Assembly (NCBI RefSeq): GCF_006345805.1
Contig: NC_043012.1
Coordinates: forward strand, 35,898,001 to 35,962,000
Direction: 5' to 3'
Source of the DNA: Octopus sinensis
Lineage: Eukaryota
Length of the DNA: 64,000 nt
Under the pieces are notes generated by a model. That model saw only the letters and a program-made list of their open reading frames with translations. It searched no databases and was not told where the DNA came from. Positions within the stretch are counted from its first letter, which is position 1, and every line of letters begins with the position of its first letter. A program made the position numbers and the translations under genes. Shown here piece after piece: positions 1 to 12,404 of this stretch.

Positions 1-63
1 TTGTGTGTGTGTTGGTGTGTGTGTGTGGTGTGTATGTTGTGTGTGTGGTGTATGTGTGTGTGT

Positions 64-125
<62 letters not shown>

Positions 126-208
126 ATGACTATACTTTCACAAATATGATATATATGCTTGTACACAAATATATATTTGAAATATATTTGGATATACATA
201 TGTGTGTG

Positions 209-245
<37 letters not shown>

Positions 246-348
246 AAACATACACATATATATACATATACATCCAGACACATACATGTATACATATGAA
301 CACACATATATGTAAAGAGAATGAGAATAGAAAGTGTAGTAAGCTTTA

Positions 349-432
<84 letters not shown>

Positions 433-468
433 CACTTATCTGTGTGTGTGTGTGTGGTGTGTGTGTGT

Positions 469-882
469 GTATTCTTTAACTTGTTTCAGTCATTTGACTG
501 CGGCCATGCTGAAGCACCGCCTTTAAGTTGAGCAAATCAACCCCAGGACTTATTCTTTGTAAGTCTAGTACTTATTCTATCAGTCTCTTTTGCTGAACCG
601 CTAAGTTACCAGGACGTAAACACACCGGCATCAGTTGTCAAGCAATGTTGGAGGGAGGGGGGGGGGTCAAACACAGACACACAAATATACACACACATAC
701 ATATATATAGAAACATATATATACGATGTGCTTCTTTCAGTTTCCGTCTACCAAATCCACTCACAAGGTTTTGGTTGGCCTGAGTCTATAGTAGAAGGCA
801 CTTGGCCAAGGTGCCACACATTGGGACTGAACCCGGAGCCATGTGGTTAGTAAGCAAGCTATTTACCACACAGCCACTCCTG
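469..882 (-). mobile_element. tRNA-derived SINE family A (tRNA head, CA/TA microsatellite linker, conserved tail)
   Basis: Minus strand head tggctgtgtggtaa (A box)..gggttcagtccc (B box). Further copies at about 10378(+), 12050/14481(-), 15140(-), 16285(+), 19805(-), 36620(+), 42062(-), 45040(-), 58245(+). Confidence 0.8.
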
Positions 883-1263
883 TATGTGTGTATGTATATA
901 TTTATACACACACACACATACAAATCCGGGTGCATATTTGCATGTAGGCGTGCATGTCTTGTGAGAGAAGTGAGAAAGAGAGAAAGAGTGAATCAGAGAT
1001 TGTGAGAATGCTGTGTACCTCTTCAGGAAGATCAACCATTCAAGCTGGGATGGTTTGATGCATCCAGTAGCCCCCGAACATGAATATCCCTTTCTCACAC
1101 GCAATCTTCCCTCAACACTCACATGCAATACACACACATTGAAACAAACACACCCACACAAACACATGTATGAATAAATATGTATTATGTATAGTTAGTA
1201 TGTATGCTTATATGGGTTTAGGTATCTATGTGTGAATGTGTATATTTATATATGTATGTGTGA

Positions 1264-1312
<49 letters not shown>

Positions 1313-2338
1313 ATGTTTGTGCATGTCTGTGTTTATGTGCATGCATGCATGTGTATGTGTGTGTGTCTCTGTGTGTTTGTGTGTGTGTAAATACATATAT
1401 ATAATGCACATGTGTATTAAATGTTTATGTAAACAGATATGTGTGTGTGTACATGTGTGAATATATGTATGCACAAATTTATCGCTGTGTATGCATTTAT
1501 GTGCATGTATACAGATGTATGTATAAATGTGAACGTATGTATATTTGTACATAGAACCATATGTGTGTGTGTATGTGTGTGTTGTGCCATTGCTCCCTCT
1601 GCTGATAGCGACACCTCTAATATTAACCATGTGACCATCACAAACTGCTAGATTTTTCTAGATAAGCTGGTATATTCAGATAAAATATTTACAACACAGA
1701 ATGTTCTTTATCACCTGATAATTGAATAATTATATCAATAAGCTGTGTGTGTATGTGTTTGTGTGTGTGTATGTGTGTTTGTGTGTGTGTGTTTTTATGC
1801 GTTACTCTTTGCATATATATATATATGTGTATATGCATATATATGTGTTTGTGCAGATATATGTATGTAATATTTGCATGTTAAGTTATGCATGTGTATG
1901 CATATTTGCGTGTATGTCTATGTGTGTACTCATATATTATTCTCAGTATGTGTGTACACGTGCATGTGTGTGTGTACATGTGCATGTGTGTGTCAGTATG
2001 TGGATGTGTGTGTGTGTGTGTGTGTGTGTGTTTTACGTCCCCAAACTAGAATGTACAGACACGTGCAGATGGATTGAGGTGTGTGTGTGTTTAATTTCAT
2101 GTTCAAACATGTCATTTTGTGGATATATATATATATATATGTATGTATGTAAATACATGTGTGTATGTGTGTGCATGTGCACATGTGTGTGTATGTGTGT
2201 GCATGTGCACACGTGTGTGTATGTGCACACGTGTGTGTATGTGTGTGTGTGTTATGCATATTGTATGTATGTACGTGTGAATATATATATAGAGAGAGAA
2301 AGATGGAGAAAGAAAGAGAGAGAGAGAGAAAAGGGAGA

Positions 2339-2378
<40 letters not shown>

Positions 2379-2488
2379 CACATATAAATGTGTATATACA
2401 CACATATATGTATATATACATTCTATATATTTATATATATATACTTGTATGTGTGTGTGTTTATATAAATATATATATGTATATACAT

Positions 2489-2529
<41 letters not shown>

Positions 2530-2624
2530 TACATTCATCTTCAAAAAGTATGACTCTGTAGAGGCTTAACAAACCCCGTATTTTCGCATTTCTACATTTT
2601 TCTCTTCCTCTGTTTCCTTTGCAG

Positions 2625-3206
2625 GATGTGCAGCAGCAAACAGCATCACAGCAACCAACTCCACCTCCACCAACGGCAACAACATCCTCATCAAATGAGG
2701 CAACAGGTGGCGCTGAAGCCGGTGTGATTGTCTCTCAGCCACCTTTACCACCGCCACGCCGCAAACTGAGAAAGGCCCATTCCACAAACCAGACCACTTT
2801 GCCCAGCAAGGAGTCGGATGTGAGCGGGAAAGCCACAGCAGAGGTCCACAGCAGTGGCAGTAGTAGTAGTAAGGTTCCACCAACCCCTAAACCGAAACCT
2901 CTCTCCAAATCGGTGAAGCACGCTCACTCAGTCCCTGCACCGACAGACAAAGGAAGGCAGGTGCACAGTGCTGCAACCTCTACAGCAGCGCAGCAGCAGG
3001 AGGAGATGTACCATCAGCAGCAGTAGCAACGGGCATCAGCAGCAATAACAGAGAGACAGGAAGAAAAGCATCGACTGTCTTGTCATCGTCGAAGGGGCTG
3101 TCGTCTGACAAGAAGACGGCGGTCAAGAGTAGTAGTGAGCCTGCTGCTGTGGAACCGGGTGTGGTGTTTCCGTGCCAGTCAGCTGCCGGACCTTCACGAC
3201 TGAGAG
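2625..3206 (+). CDS. PCLO: Piccolo-like gene, internal coding exon (Pro/Ser/Ala/Gln-rich), with an apparent 1-nt frameshift near 2990
   Basis: Polypyrimidine tract + cag acceptor (2623-2624). Open frame DVQQQTASQQPTPPPP...HSAATSTAA continues in another frame as AAAGGDVPSAAVATG...GPSRLR to a strong donor AG|gtgagt (3207). The phase 1 end matches the next exon. Assignment to this gene rests on phase and composition, not homology. Confidence 0.6.
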
Positions 3207-3349
3207 GTGAGTCAAACATCAACCACTTCATTCCTCTTCTTTTTTTCTTTTCTGTTTCTCTTCTTCTTCTTCTCTTTGTCATTGTTCTTCCTCTTCTTCT
3301 TCTTCTTTCACCTCATTTCACTCTTGCCTCTTTGTCTTGTTACAACTTT

Positions 3350-3388
<39 letters not shown>

Positions 3389-3695
3389 CTATTACTACTA
3401 CTTATAATGATGATGATGATGATAAAAATTTCGAATTCAGGCCATCTGTGCAGGTGGGGTTAGTTGTTTTCATTGACTCCAATATTTGACATGTTCCTTA
3501 TCAACCCTCAAATGGATGAAAAGGCAAAAATCAACTCCCACAAAATTTGAACTCAGAACGTGAAGTGGCTGAAGAATCGCTGCTGAGCATTTTGCCTGAC
3601 TCGCTAACAGTTCTTCCAGTTCACCACCACCACCACCACCACCACCTTCTTCTTCTTCTCTCCCCTCCCCCCATCCTCATTATTATTATTATCTA

Positions 3696-3919
3696 AGGTT
3701 GTGAGCTGGCAGAACCGTTAGCACACTGGATGAAATGCTTAGCAGTATTTCCCCCATCGCTACGTTCTGAGTTCAAATTCCGCTGAGGTCGACTTTACTT
3801 TACATCCTTTTGGGGATCAATAAAATAAGCACCAGTTGAAAACTGGGGTCAATGTAGTCGACTTAATCCCCACTCCCCCAAGCTGCCCTTGTGACAAAAT
3901 TTGAAATAATAATAATAAT

Positions 3920-3976
<57 letters not shown>

Positions 3977-5302
3977 ATTAATGTCGTTACTATTGTTATT
4001 ATTTAAGGCGATTTATTTGAGTATACCCACCCCATCAAATCTGTTGCCTTGTCATTTTGTCCTTCCTTATGTTCTGGGTTCAAATTCTGCCGAGAATCAT
4101 TATAAGCCCTTTTTAGGGTTAAGATCTGTGCTAGAACACAGAACAAATGTCCTTGAGCTGATCAACTAACTACCTCCCCCACTAAAGTTTGCTGGTCTTC
4201 TGCCTAAACTAAAGACAGTTATTATAAAGGGTAGCAGACTGGGAATGTGGCAGTGTGTGGCCTAGTGGTTAGGGTATTTTGCTCATGATCATAGGACTAT
4301 GGTTTCAATTCCTGGACCAAGTGATGTTCTCTGTTTATGTTCTTGAGCCAAACACTTCATTTCACATTCCTCCACTCCTCTCAACTGGCAAGAAAATTAG
4401 TAACCCCATGACGAGCTAGTGTCCTGTCTAGTGGGGAATATTTACATCAGAAAATCTGGGAAACTGGCCTTATGAGCTGATGGCTTGGGAAGGACCTTTG
4501 GTCCCCATTTTTTTAGACTAGTAATATTATTTGACAGCCTGACAAAACACCTTGTGGTATTTGTTTCAGATCTTTACTACATGAGTTCAATTTTCTCTAA
4601 GGTCAAGTTTACCTTCCTTCCTTCCTTCTGGGCTTGATAAAATGAACAGCAACTAAATACCTGTGCCAGTCTAAATTGACTGACATCTCACCTGAATTGT
4701 GTAGCCTTGTATAATGTTTCACCTGAACTGATTGATCTTGCCTTGTGTAATATCTCACCTGACTGAATTGTGTGTTATTGTGTAATATCTCACCTGAATT
4801 GTGACTTTGTATGACATCTCACCTGAAATCTGTGATCTTGTATTATATCTCACCTGGATTATGTGACCTTCATTAATATGTCACCTGAATTATATGATTT
4901 TATGCATAAGTTATTATCATCATCATCATCATCATCATCATTATTATTATTATCATTAAGGTAGCAAGCTGGCAGAGTCGTTAGCATGCTGGACAAAATG
5001 CTTAGCAGTATTTTGCCCGTTGCTACATTCTGAGTTCAAATTCCGCTGAAGTTAACTTTACCTTTTATCCTTCGGGGTTGATGAAATAAGTACCAGTTGA
5101 GTACTGGGGTCAATGTAATCAACTGTCCCCCTTCCACAAAATTACTGCCCTTGTGGCAAAATTTGAAACCATTATTATTATTATTATTTATTTTATTATT
5201 ATTATTATTATTATCATCATCATCATTATTATCATCATTATTATATTATTATTATTATTATTATTATTACTATTATTATTATCATCATCATCATTATTAT
5301 CA

Positions 5303-5343
<41 letters not shown>

Positions 5344-5553
5344 GTGTTCTGGTAGAATTGTTACCATACCAGACAAAATGCTTAGTGGCATTTCATCCGA
5401 GGTTGACTTTGCCTTTCCTCTTTTTTGGGATCAGTAAAGTAAGTACCAGCTGAACACTGGGGTTGATCTAATCAACTAGTCACCACTCAAAAAATTTCAT
5501 GCCTTGTGCCTATAGCAGAATGGATTATCATCATCGTCGTCATCATCATCATT

Positions 5554-5588
<35 letters not shown>

Positions 5589-6365
5589 TGTCATCATCAT
5601 CATCATCAAGGCAGCAAGCTGGCAGAGTTGTTAGCATGTTTGGAAGAAATGTTTTGTGAGATTTCTTCTGGTTGACTACATTCATCAGTTCAAATTCCAT
5701 CAAGGTCAACTCTGCTTTTCATTTTTCTGGGGTCAATAAAAAAAAGTACCAGTTGAACACTAGAATTATTTGAAACTGTTATCATCATTACCAATTTTTA
5801 AATGTGTGTGTGTGTGTGCATACAGTATAAAGAAACTTATTTCCATGAAAGTAAGTGATAATAGTGTTTGGTTCTGGGGTGAGGTAGTTATGCCAAGCAT
5901 TGGTAACTAAGAGGAAGTAAATTTAAAGACAAGAGCAGTCCTGATGGGTGGGTCGATAGTATATCAAGCCATGTCATTATTTAACCCAAGGAAAGCAGCG
6001 AGCTGGCAGAATCGTTAGCACACCGGGTGAAATGCTTTGCAGTATTTCGTCTGCCGCTACGTTCTGAGTTCAAATTCCGCCAGGTCGACTTTACCTTTCA
6101 TCCTTTCGGGATCAATAAAGTAAGCACTAGTTACACACTGGGGTCGATGTAATCGACTTAATCCGTTCGTGTGTCCTTGTTTGTCCCCACTGTGTTTAGC
6201 CCCTTGTGGGTTGTAAAGAAATAGGTATTTCACCCATCGCTACGTTCTGAGTTGAAATTCTGCCGAGGTTGATAAATTAAGTACCAGTTGCGTACTGAGG
6301 TTGGTGTAATCGACTTATTCCCCCTACCCCAAAAATTCAGGCCTTTTGCCTTCAGTAGAAAGGAT
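3696..6365 (+). mobile_element. Cluster of SINE family B copies (tRNA head + Deu/Nin-like core) separated by ATT/ATC microsatellites
   Basis: Repeated gagctggcagaa..gttagc..gagttcaaattcc..gactttgcctttcatcctttcggggtcgataaa..agtaccagt..actggggtc at about 3696, 4958, 5345, 5608, 5992, 6230. Also at 17905, 18968, 25120, 32318, 33480, 41536 (+) and 3425, 14565, 52920 (-). The core name is recalled. Confidence 0.78.
4682..4895. repeat. Degenerate minisatellite of about 30 bp with a tcacctg core
   Basis: tcacctg recurs eight times at near-regular spacing. Confidence 0.8.
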
Positions 6366-7254
6366 TATTTAACCCAAGGCCAGATGTCTGATTGACAATA
6401 TTCCAGCAGCCATGAACTACATTATCCTATGTGTCTTATCCATGGTAGGATAAGATTTGATGGTAATTTGCTGCTGTTTCTAGTGAGTCAAGTGACTCTC
6501 TCATTGTGTTGGAAACATAGAAAGTAAAAGCAACTGATGGTAGAAGATGGGTGGGGTAGATGGTGCAGAGGTAAGACAATAACATAAGATGACATTTACA
6601 TTTCAGCAGTGGTGGTCACCATATATTTGATATTAGCAATTATTGTTGTGTTAAGGATTGAAATGGAATTTGGTGAAATACATGAAATATTCCCAACTTT
6701 TTTTTGCTGCTGCATTTAGGGTGTCATATGACATTAGAGAAGTGGTCCCTAATGGTATTTGGGAGCGGGGGGGGAGCAGAACGGTGGTGGTGGGGAGGTA
6801 GAGGAATTACACTAATGAGATGACTCAGAAGTGTGTAACAACCATTTGTAGAGTGGTGGTGTGAAGGGGGAAGGGATGACAAAGGGGCTTATTGGTGGTG
6901 GTGGTGGTGGTTGTGGTGGTGGTAGTGGTGGTGGTAGTGGTGGTGGTGGTGGTGGTGGTGCTGGTGATGATTTGGATCATGATAGGGATCATGACAATGA
7001 ACACAATGATGATGATGATGATGATGATGATGACAGTAACGTTTGTCATCATGACAATGATGATGATGATGAGGAGGTGGTGGAGGGGGAGAAGGAGGAC
7101 AATGTTAGTGGTGGTGATTCTACGAAGATGATTAAAAAAAAAGCAGAAACTCATCTAATTTACTAACATCATGTCAGAGAATCCACATTCCACATGTCTG
7201 ACGTACTTCTTCTCTCCCTCTGTACTCTGTTTTCTCTTTTTCTCCTCTCTCTCC

Positions 7255-7850
7255 TCAGTCAGGGGAAGAAGAAAGAGTTAGAGAGAGAGAGAAAGAAAAA
7301 AAACAGATAAAGAGGGGAAAGAGACAGAGAGAGACAAAGAGAGAGAGAGAGAAAGAAAGAGAGAGAGAAAGAAAGAAGGAGAGGAAGAAACAAAGAGAGA
7401 GAGAAAGAAAGAAAGGGAGACAATGAGGCAGAGACAAAAAGAGAGAGAGAGAAAGAAAGAGACAAAGAGAGAGAGAGAAAGAGAGACAAAGAGAGAGAGA
7501 GGAAGAACAAAGAGAGGGAGACAAAGAATGAGAGACAAAGAGAGAGAGAGAGAAAGAAAGAGAGAGAGAGGAAGAAACTAAGAGAGGGAGACAAAGAGAG
7601 AGAGAGAGAAAGAAAGCAAGAGAGAGAAAGAAAGAGAGAAAGGGAGACAATGAGGCAGAGACAAAAAGAGAGAATGAGAGACAAAGAGGCAGATACAAAG
7701 AGAGAGAGGGAGAAAGAAAGAAAGAGAGAGAGAGAAAGAAAAAGACACAGAGAGAGGGAGCGAGAGAGAGAAAGAAAGAGACAGAGAGAGAGAAGGAAAG
7801 AAAGAGACAGAGAGAGAGAGAGAAAGAAAGAGAGAGAGAGAGATAGCGGC
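7255..7850. repeat. GA-rich compound microsatellite
   Basis: Near-pure purine tract. Confidence 0.9.
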
Positions 7851-8825
7851 AGGAGTTAATAGATATTATTTTCTATCTCTTTGACTTTTTGCTCAGTCGA
7901 TTGATTGATTCTCTTTGTTCTCTCCTACTCTTACAACTCCCCTTGCTCCGTACAACATCATTAGACACGCTACCACCTCTGGAGAGTACTGGCTGTAGCT
8001 TGGCCAGGACAGGTCAGTTCTATTGTGTGAAGTCATTAACTGAACCGTTCCCTCCATAGTGTTGTTGACACTTACTTCCAGATCTATATTTTACACAATT
8101 CAATCATTATTCACCGTTGCGTGGGTTCAAATTGGACCATTGCCATATAACAACCGAACCGACAGTGGGGCAGTAGAGCAGGTGGTCAGAGCATCTATCC
8201 ATCCATTTGTTCATTCATTCAATCATTCATTGCTGATCAATGTCTCTTCTGATCAGGAACACCAGCTGTCGTAGCGCCATCTACTGTCAGAAGATGGAGT
8301 TAACTCCTCTCGCTTGATTGAACATTCCGGAAATTATTGGTTAAGTTTCTCATCACAACAATCATCTTTTACAAACTGGCAACATTCCACCACAGCTCAT
8401 GTGGTGGTGGTGGTGGTGGTGGTGTGTAGTAGGTGGAACGGTGACCCAGAGGTTCCCTCATTGGTTTGTCCCTATGGGGAGATAGAGGTGAGGGGGTGGA
8501 GTAAAAGCAGGTAGAAAAATAGTGAGAATGATATGGAGTGTTTGTGATAGTCATGCCTCTCCTGGTAATGGAAATACCATTAGTACAGTAGTTGAAGCAT
8601 TTAATGTAACTAAAGGCATGAGAAATGTGATGTTGTGATAGGTATGCCTTTCCAAAGATATGGTTCCAAACAGTAGCTAAAACTGAGTCGTGGATTTACT
8701 TTAGGTTGTTGTTACAAAAGCCTTGGTCAAATGTGTTCAAGCAGACCAGGGGCTACTCCACAAGTGATCAGCCAAACAACTAGGCCTATAAACCATCAGC
8801 TGAGTGACCAGAGATTTTAAGGGTC

Positions 8826-9235
8826 TTCTAAAAGGCCTGGTTGGAGGCCCAACCATCTAAGTTCTTTTACAGGGCTTAGAAAAGCTGAAGGACTGCTGCA
8901 ATAAGTGTGTGAAAATGAGAGGGGAATATGTTGAATAAAATCATAACTGACTGATCTGCCTGTATTTTCTTTTACCCCAAAACAGGAACTTTACAGCACC
9001 CTCCCACACACACAAACACACATATATAATATATATATATATGGCATACTGAAAAGGTCCTGGCTTTAAGCGTATCATGAAAGGCCTGGTTGGAGGCCCA
9101 ACACTCTGAGTTCTTTTACAGGATTTAGAAAAACTGAAGAACCACTGCAATAAGTGAATCTGTTGAATAAAATCCTAATTAACTGATCCTCCTGTATCTT
9201 CTTTTACCCAAAGCCAGGAACTTTTCAGCCCCACC
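8826..9235 (+). mobile_element. Tandemly duplicated mariner transposase 3'-end relic
   Basis: Two related units starting aaaggcctggttggaggccc (about 8830 and 9080). The first reads LQGLEKLKDCCNKCVKMRGEYVE*. Confidence 0.6.
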
Positions 9236-10544
9236 CCCTGGTACACTCTGACATAAAGTGATATATTGTGTGAGGTGTAGTGGGAACAGTTTAGACACAT
9301 AGCCTACTGTCAACTGCCCAGCCTTCTTCTGGAAGCCTGCAGATATCAACTGGCAGTGGTCACTGTGGAATCAAGCAAGTGCAGCAGTTGCTGTGTGACC
9401 TTTATCCTACCTTGGTGTTTGGGTTAGTAGGACCATTGACCATGTATCTAGGTTTGTATGTAATGTGTGGGTGGGGAGATGATGTTTATATGCCGTGTAG
9501 TGATAGTGGTGGTGGGGATGGGGAGGTTACGGTGTACAGCAGGAATGATGATAATTGTGATGATGGTGGTGGTGGTGGTGGGAAGAATGGTATTGATGGT
9601 GGTGGTGATAGTGGTTTGTTGTGAAGCTGTGTAATGCAGGTAGTAGTAGAAGTAGTAGTAGTGGTGGTAGTGGTGATGGTGGTAGTAGAGGTTATAGTGG
9701 TTGTGATGGCATGAGTTGATAATCATAGTGGTGGCAGTGGTAGTGATGATGATAATGGTGATGGTGGTGGTGGTGGTTAGTGCTGCTAGTGGTAGTGCAT
9801 AACAATGATGGTGATGGTGTTGGTGATGGTGGAAGTAGCAATTAGTGCTAATGATATACACAATGCATAGTGGTGGTGGTGGCAGTGATGGTTATGATTT
9901 ATGGGTGCAAGTGGTTATGACAGTGGTTGTGACAGTGGGAGTGGGGGGGAGGCGGGGGGGGGCAAACGTGATGGTTGCAATTTAATTAAGCTCAATAAAT
10001 GACCGGTACTTTATGATTTTTTAAGAACAAAGGATAAAATTGACCTCACTACAATTTGAACTCAGGACATAAAAGAACATACCGAAAACACCACACTGCT
10101 CTTGGCAGTATGTCCTCCCTCCCGCTCTCCCTCCCTCCCTTCTCCTCTCTCTTTCCCACCAGCTCTCCTCTTTACTTTTAAAAATTATGTTGTAATTAAT
10201 AAAGTTAATTAACAACATCATCTTTCATATACATATATATGTGTGTGTATATGTGTGTGTATATATATATATATATATATGTATGTATATACACACATAC
10301 ACACACGCGCGCACACACACACACCACACACACCACACACACACACACACATATATACGCACACACACGTAAACGCTGACATAGCTGTGTGGTAAGAAGC
10401 TTGCTTCTGAACCACATGGTTTCAAGTTCAGTCCCACTGCATGGCACCTTGTGCAAATATCTCATGCAAAAGCTTTGGGCCAGCCAAAGGCTTGTTAGGG
10501 GATTTGACAGATGGAAACTGAAAGAAGCCCAAGTCAACTCTGTA

Positions 10545-10690
10545 AAGAGGTTGGCATTATGAAGGGCATCCAGCTGTAAAAGCCATGCTAAAAGAGACAT
10601 TGGAGCTTGGTGCAGTCCTCTGGCTTGCTGGCTCCTGTCCAACCCATGCCAGCATGGGAATCACACCTTAAATGATGGTGATGATGATGA
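10545..10690 (+). mobile_element. RTE 3'-tail fragment
   Basis: gaagggcatccagctgta..ccaacccatgccagcatgg..gatgatgatg, matching 14320-14440. Confidence 0.65.
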
Positions 10691-10839
10691 TATATGTATA
10701 TGTGGTCATGTGTATGTATATATATGTGTGTGTGTGCATGTGTGTGTGTATGTGTGTGTGTTTATGTATATAATACATATTATCTATCTGTCTACCTCCT
10801 CTGTCACATTCCCCTTCAATGCAGCATGCTAATTTTCCT

Positions 10840-10875
<36 letters not shown>

Positions 10876-11234
10876 TCCTCCCACTACATCTCCCTACATA
10901 CAACTTTCCCTTCATAAAGACTTCTCCTTAACACCTCTCTCATCCACAATCACATATAACTATGCTGGTGTAGGAGTAGTGGTGGGGGAGGTGGTTGTGA
11001 TGTGATGACATTGGTGGTGGTTGTGATGGTGGTGGTGGTTGTGGTGGAGATAGTTTAGGGAGAAATAAAGGTATGAGGCCTCTCCCCCACCCCTTCCTAG
11101 TGAAGTGGTCAGGGGATGTGTCAGTGTCTTGTTGAGCAAATAAAACCTCTCAAATTGACTCCAGTGAACAGATACTGATGTAGCATCTCCTCCTCCTTGA
11201 CCTCCTTCATCACCCTCCCCCCACCCCACACACA

Positions 11235-11265
<31 letters not shown>

Positions 11266-12307
11266 CATTGACACAATACATTAAAAGATCAGATAAAGGC
11301 TTGGCAGAGCAACACATGAATGGAATGTCTTGCTAAAACACGCACACACAAGCACGCACGCACACACACACACACACACACACACGCTCAAGCACACATG
11401 CACATGCACACACACACATGCATGCACACTGACACACACACACACACATACATATACCTTCTTGCATGCAAACATATAGCCACATACTTACGGAACAATA
11501 TATACACACACATAGCCGCGCACACACACACACACACATACACATACATATCCACAGACAAACATATTCACATACATGTAGATACACAAGAGCATGCACA
11601 CACACACACACACGAACATGCTAATGAGGTAGTGATTGGGGGGGTGGGGGTGGAGAGCAGGGGGTGGGGCAAGGGATCAAACAGGGGAATTCCGTTTTAT
11701 TCTATAATAGCATTATTTGGACTGAATTTGTCCTGCCTCCTCATTTTCATCTTCCTCTTCTTCTTCCTCCTCCTCCTCCTCTTCCCCCTCCCCCAACCCC
11801 TTGAAATAGCAGGAATAACAAAAGCATAATAATAAAACACCAAATACATAAATTATTTAAAGAAAATTTATAAATGAAAGAAAAGACAATTATACAAAAT
11901 TTTGTCGAAAAGATGAGCCAATGGAGTGAAAACTGGGAAGGGGTGGGGGGCAGGGCTGGATCTGGAGTTATGTGTATGGGTGTTGAGTAACAGGAAGAAA
12001 TAGGGTGATAAAAAATAGATCTGTTCCCATATACATAAATATTCTTTTCTTTTTTTTTTTTACTCGTTTCAGTTATTTGACTGCGCCCATGCTGGAGCAC
12101 TGCTTTTAGTCAAGCAAATCGACCCCAGTTCTTATTATTTGTAGGTCTAGTACTTATTCTATCGGTCTCTTTTGCCGAACCACTAAGTAAACATACCAGC
12201 ATTGGTTGTCAAGCGATGGTAGGGAAACAAACACAAACACACAAACATATACACACACATACATATATACATACATACACATATATATATATATATATAG
12301 ATAGATG

Positions 12308-12385
<78 letters not shown>

Positions 12386-12404
12386 TTAGATAGATAGATA
12401 GATA

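Noticed and set aside
4682-4895. Regularly spaced repeats as a CRISPR-like array
   Set aside because: Eukaryotic context, spacers related to each other, no cas genes: a minisatellite.
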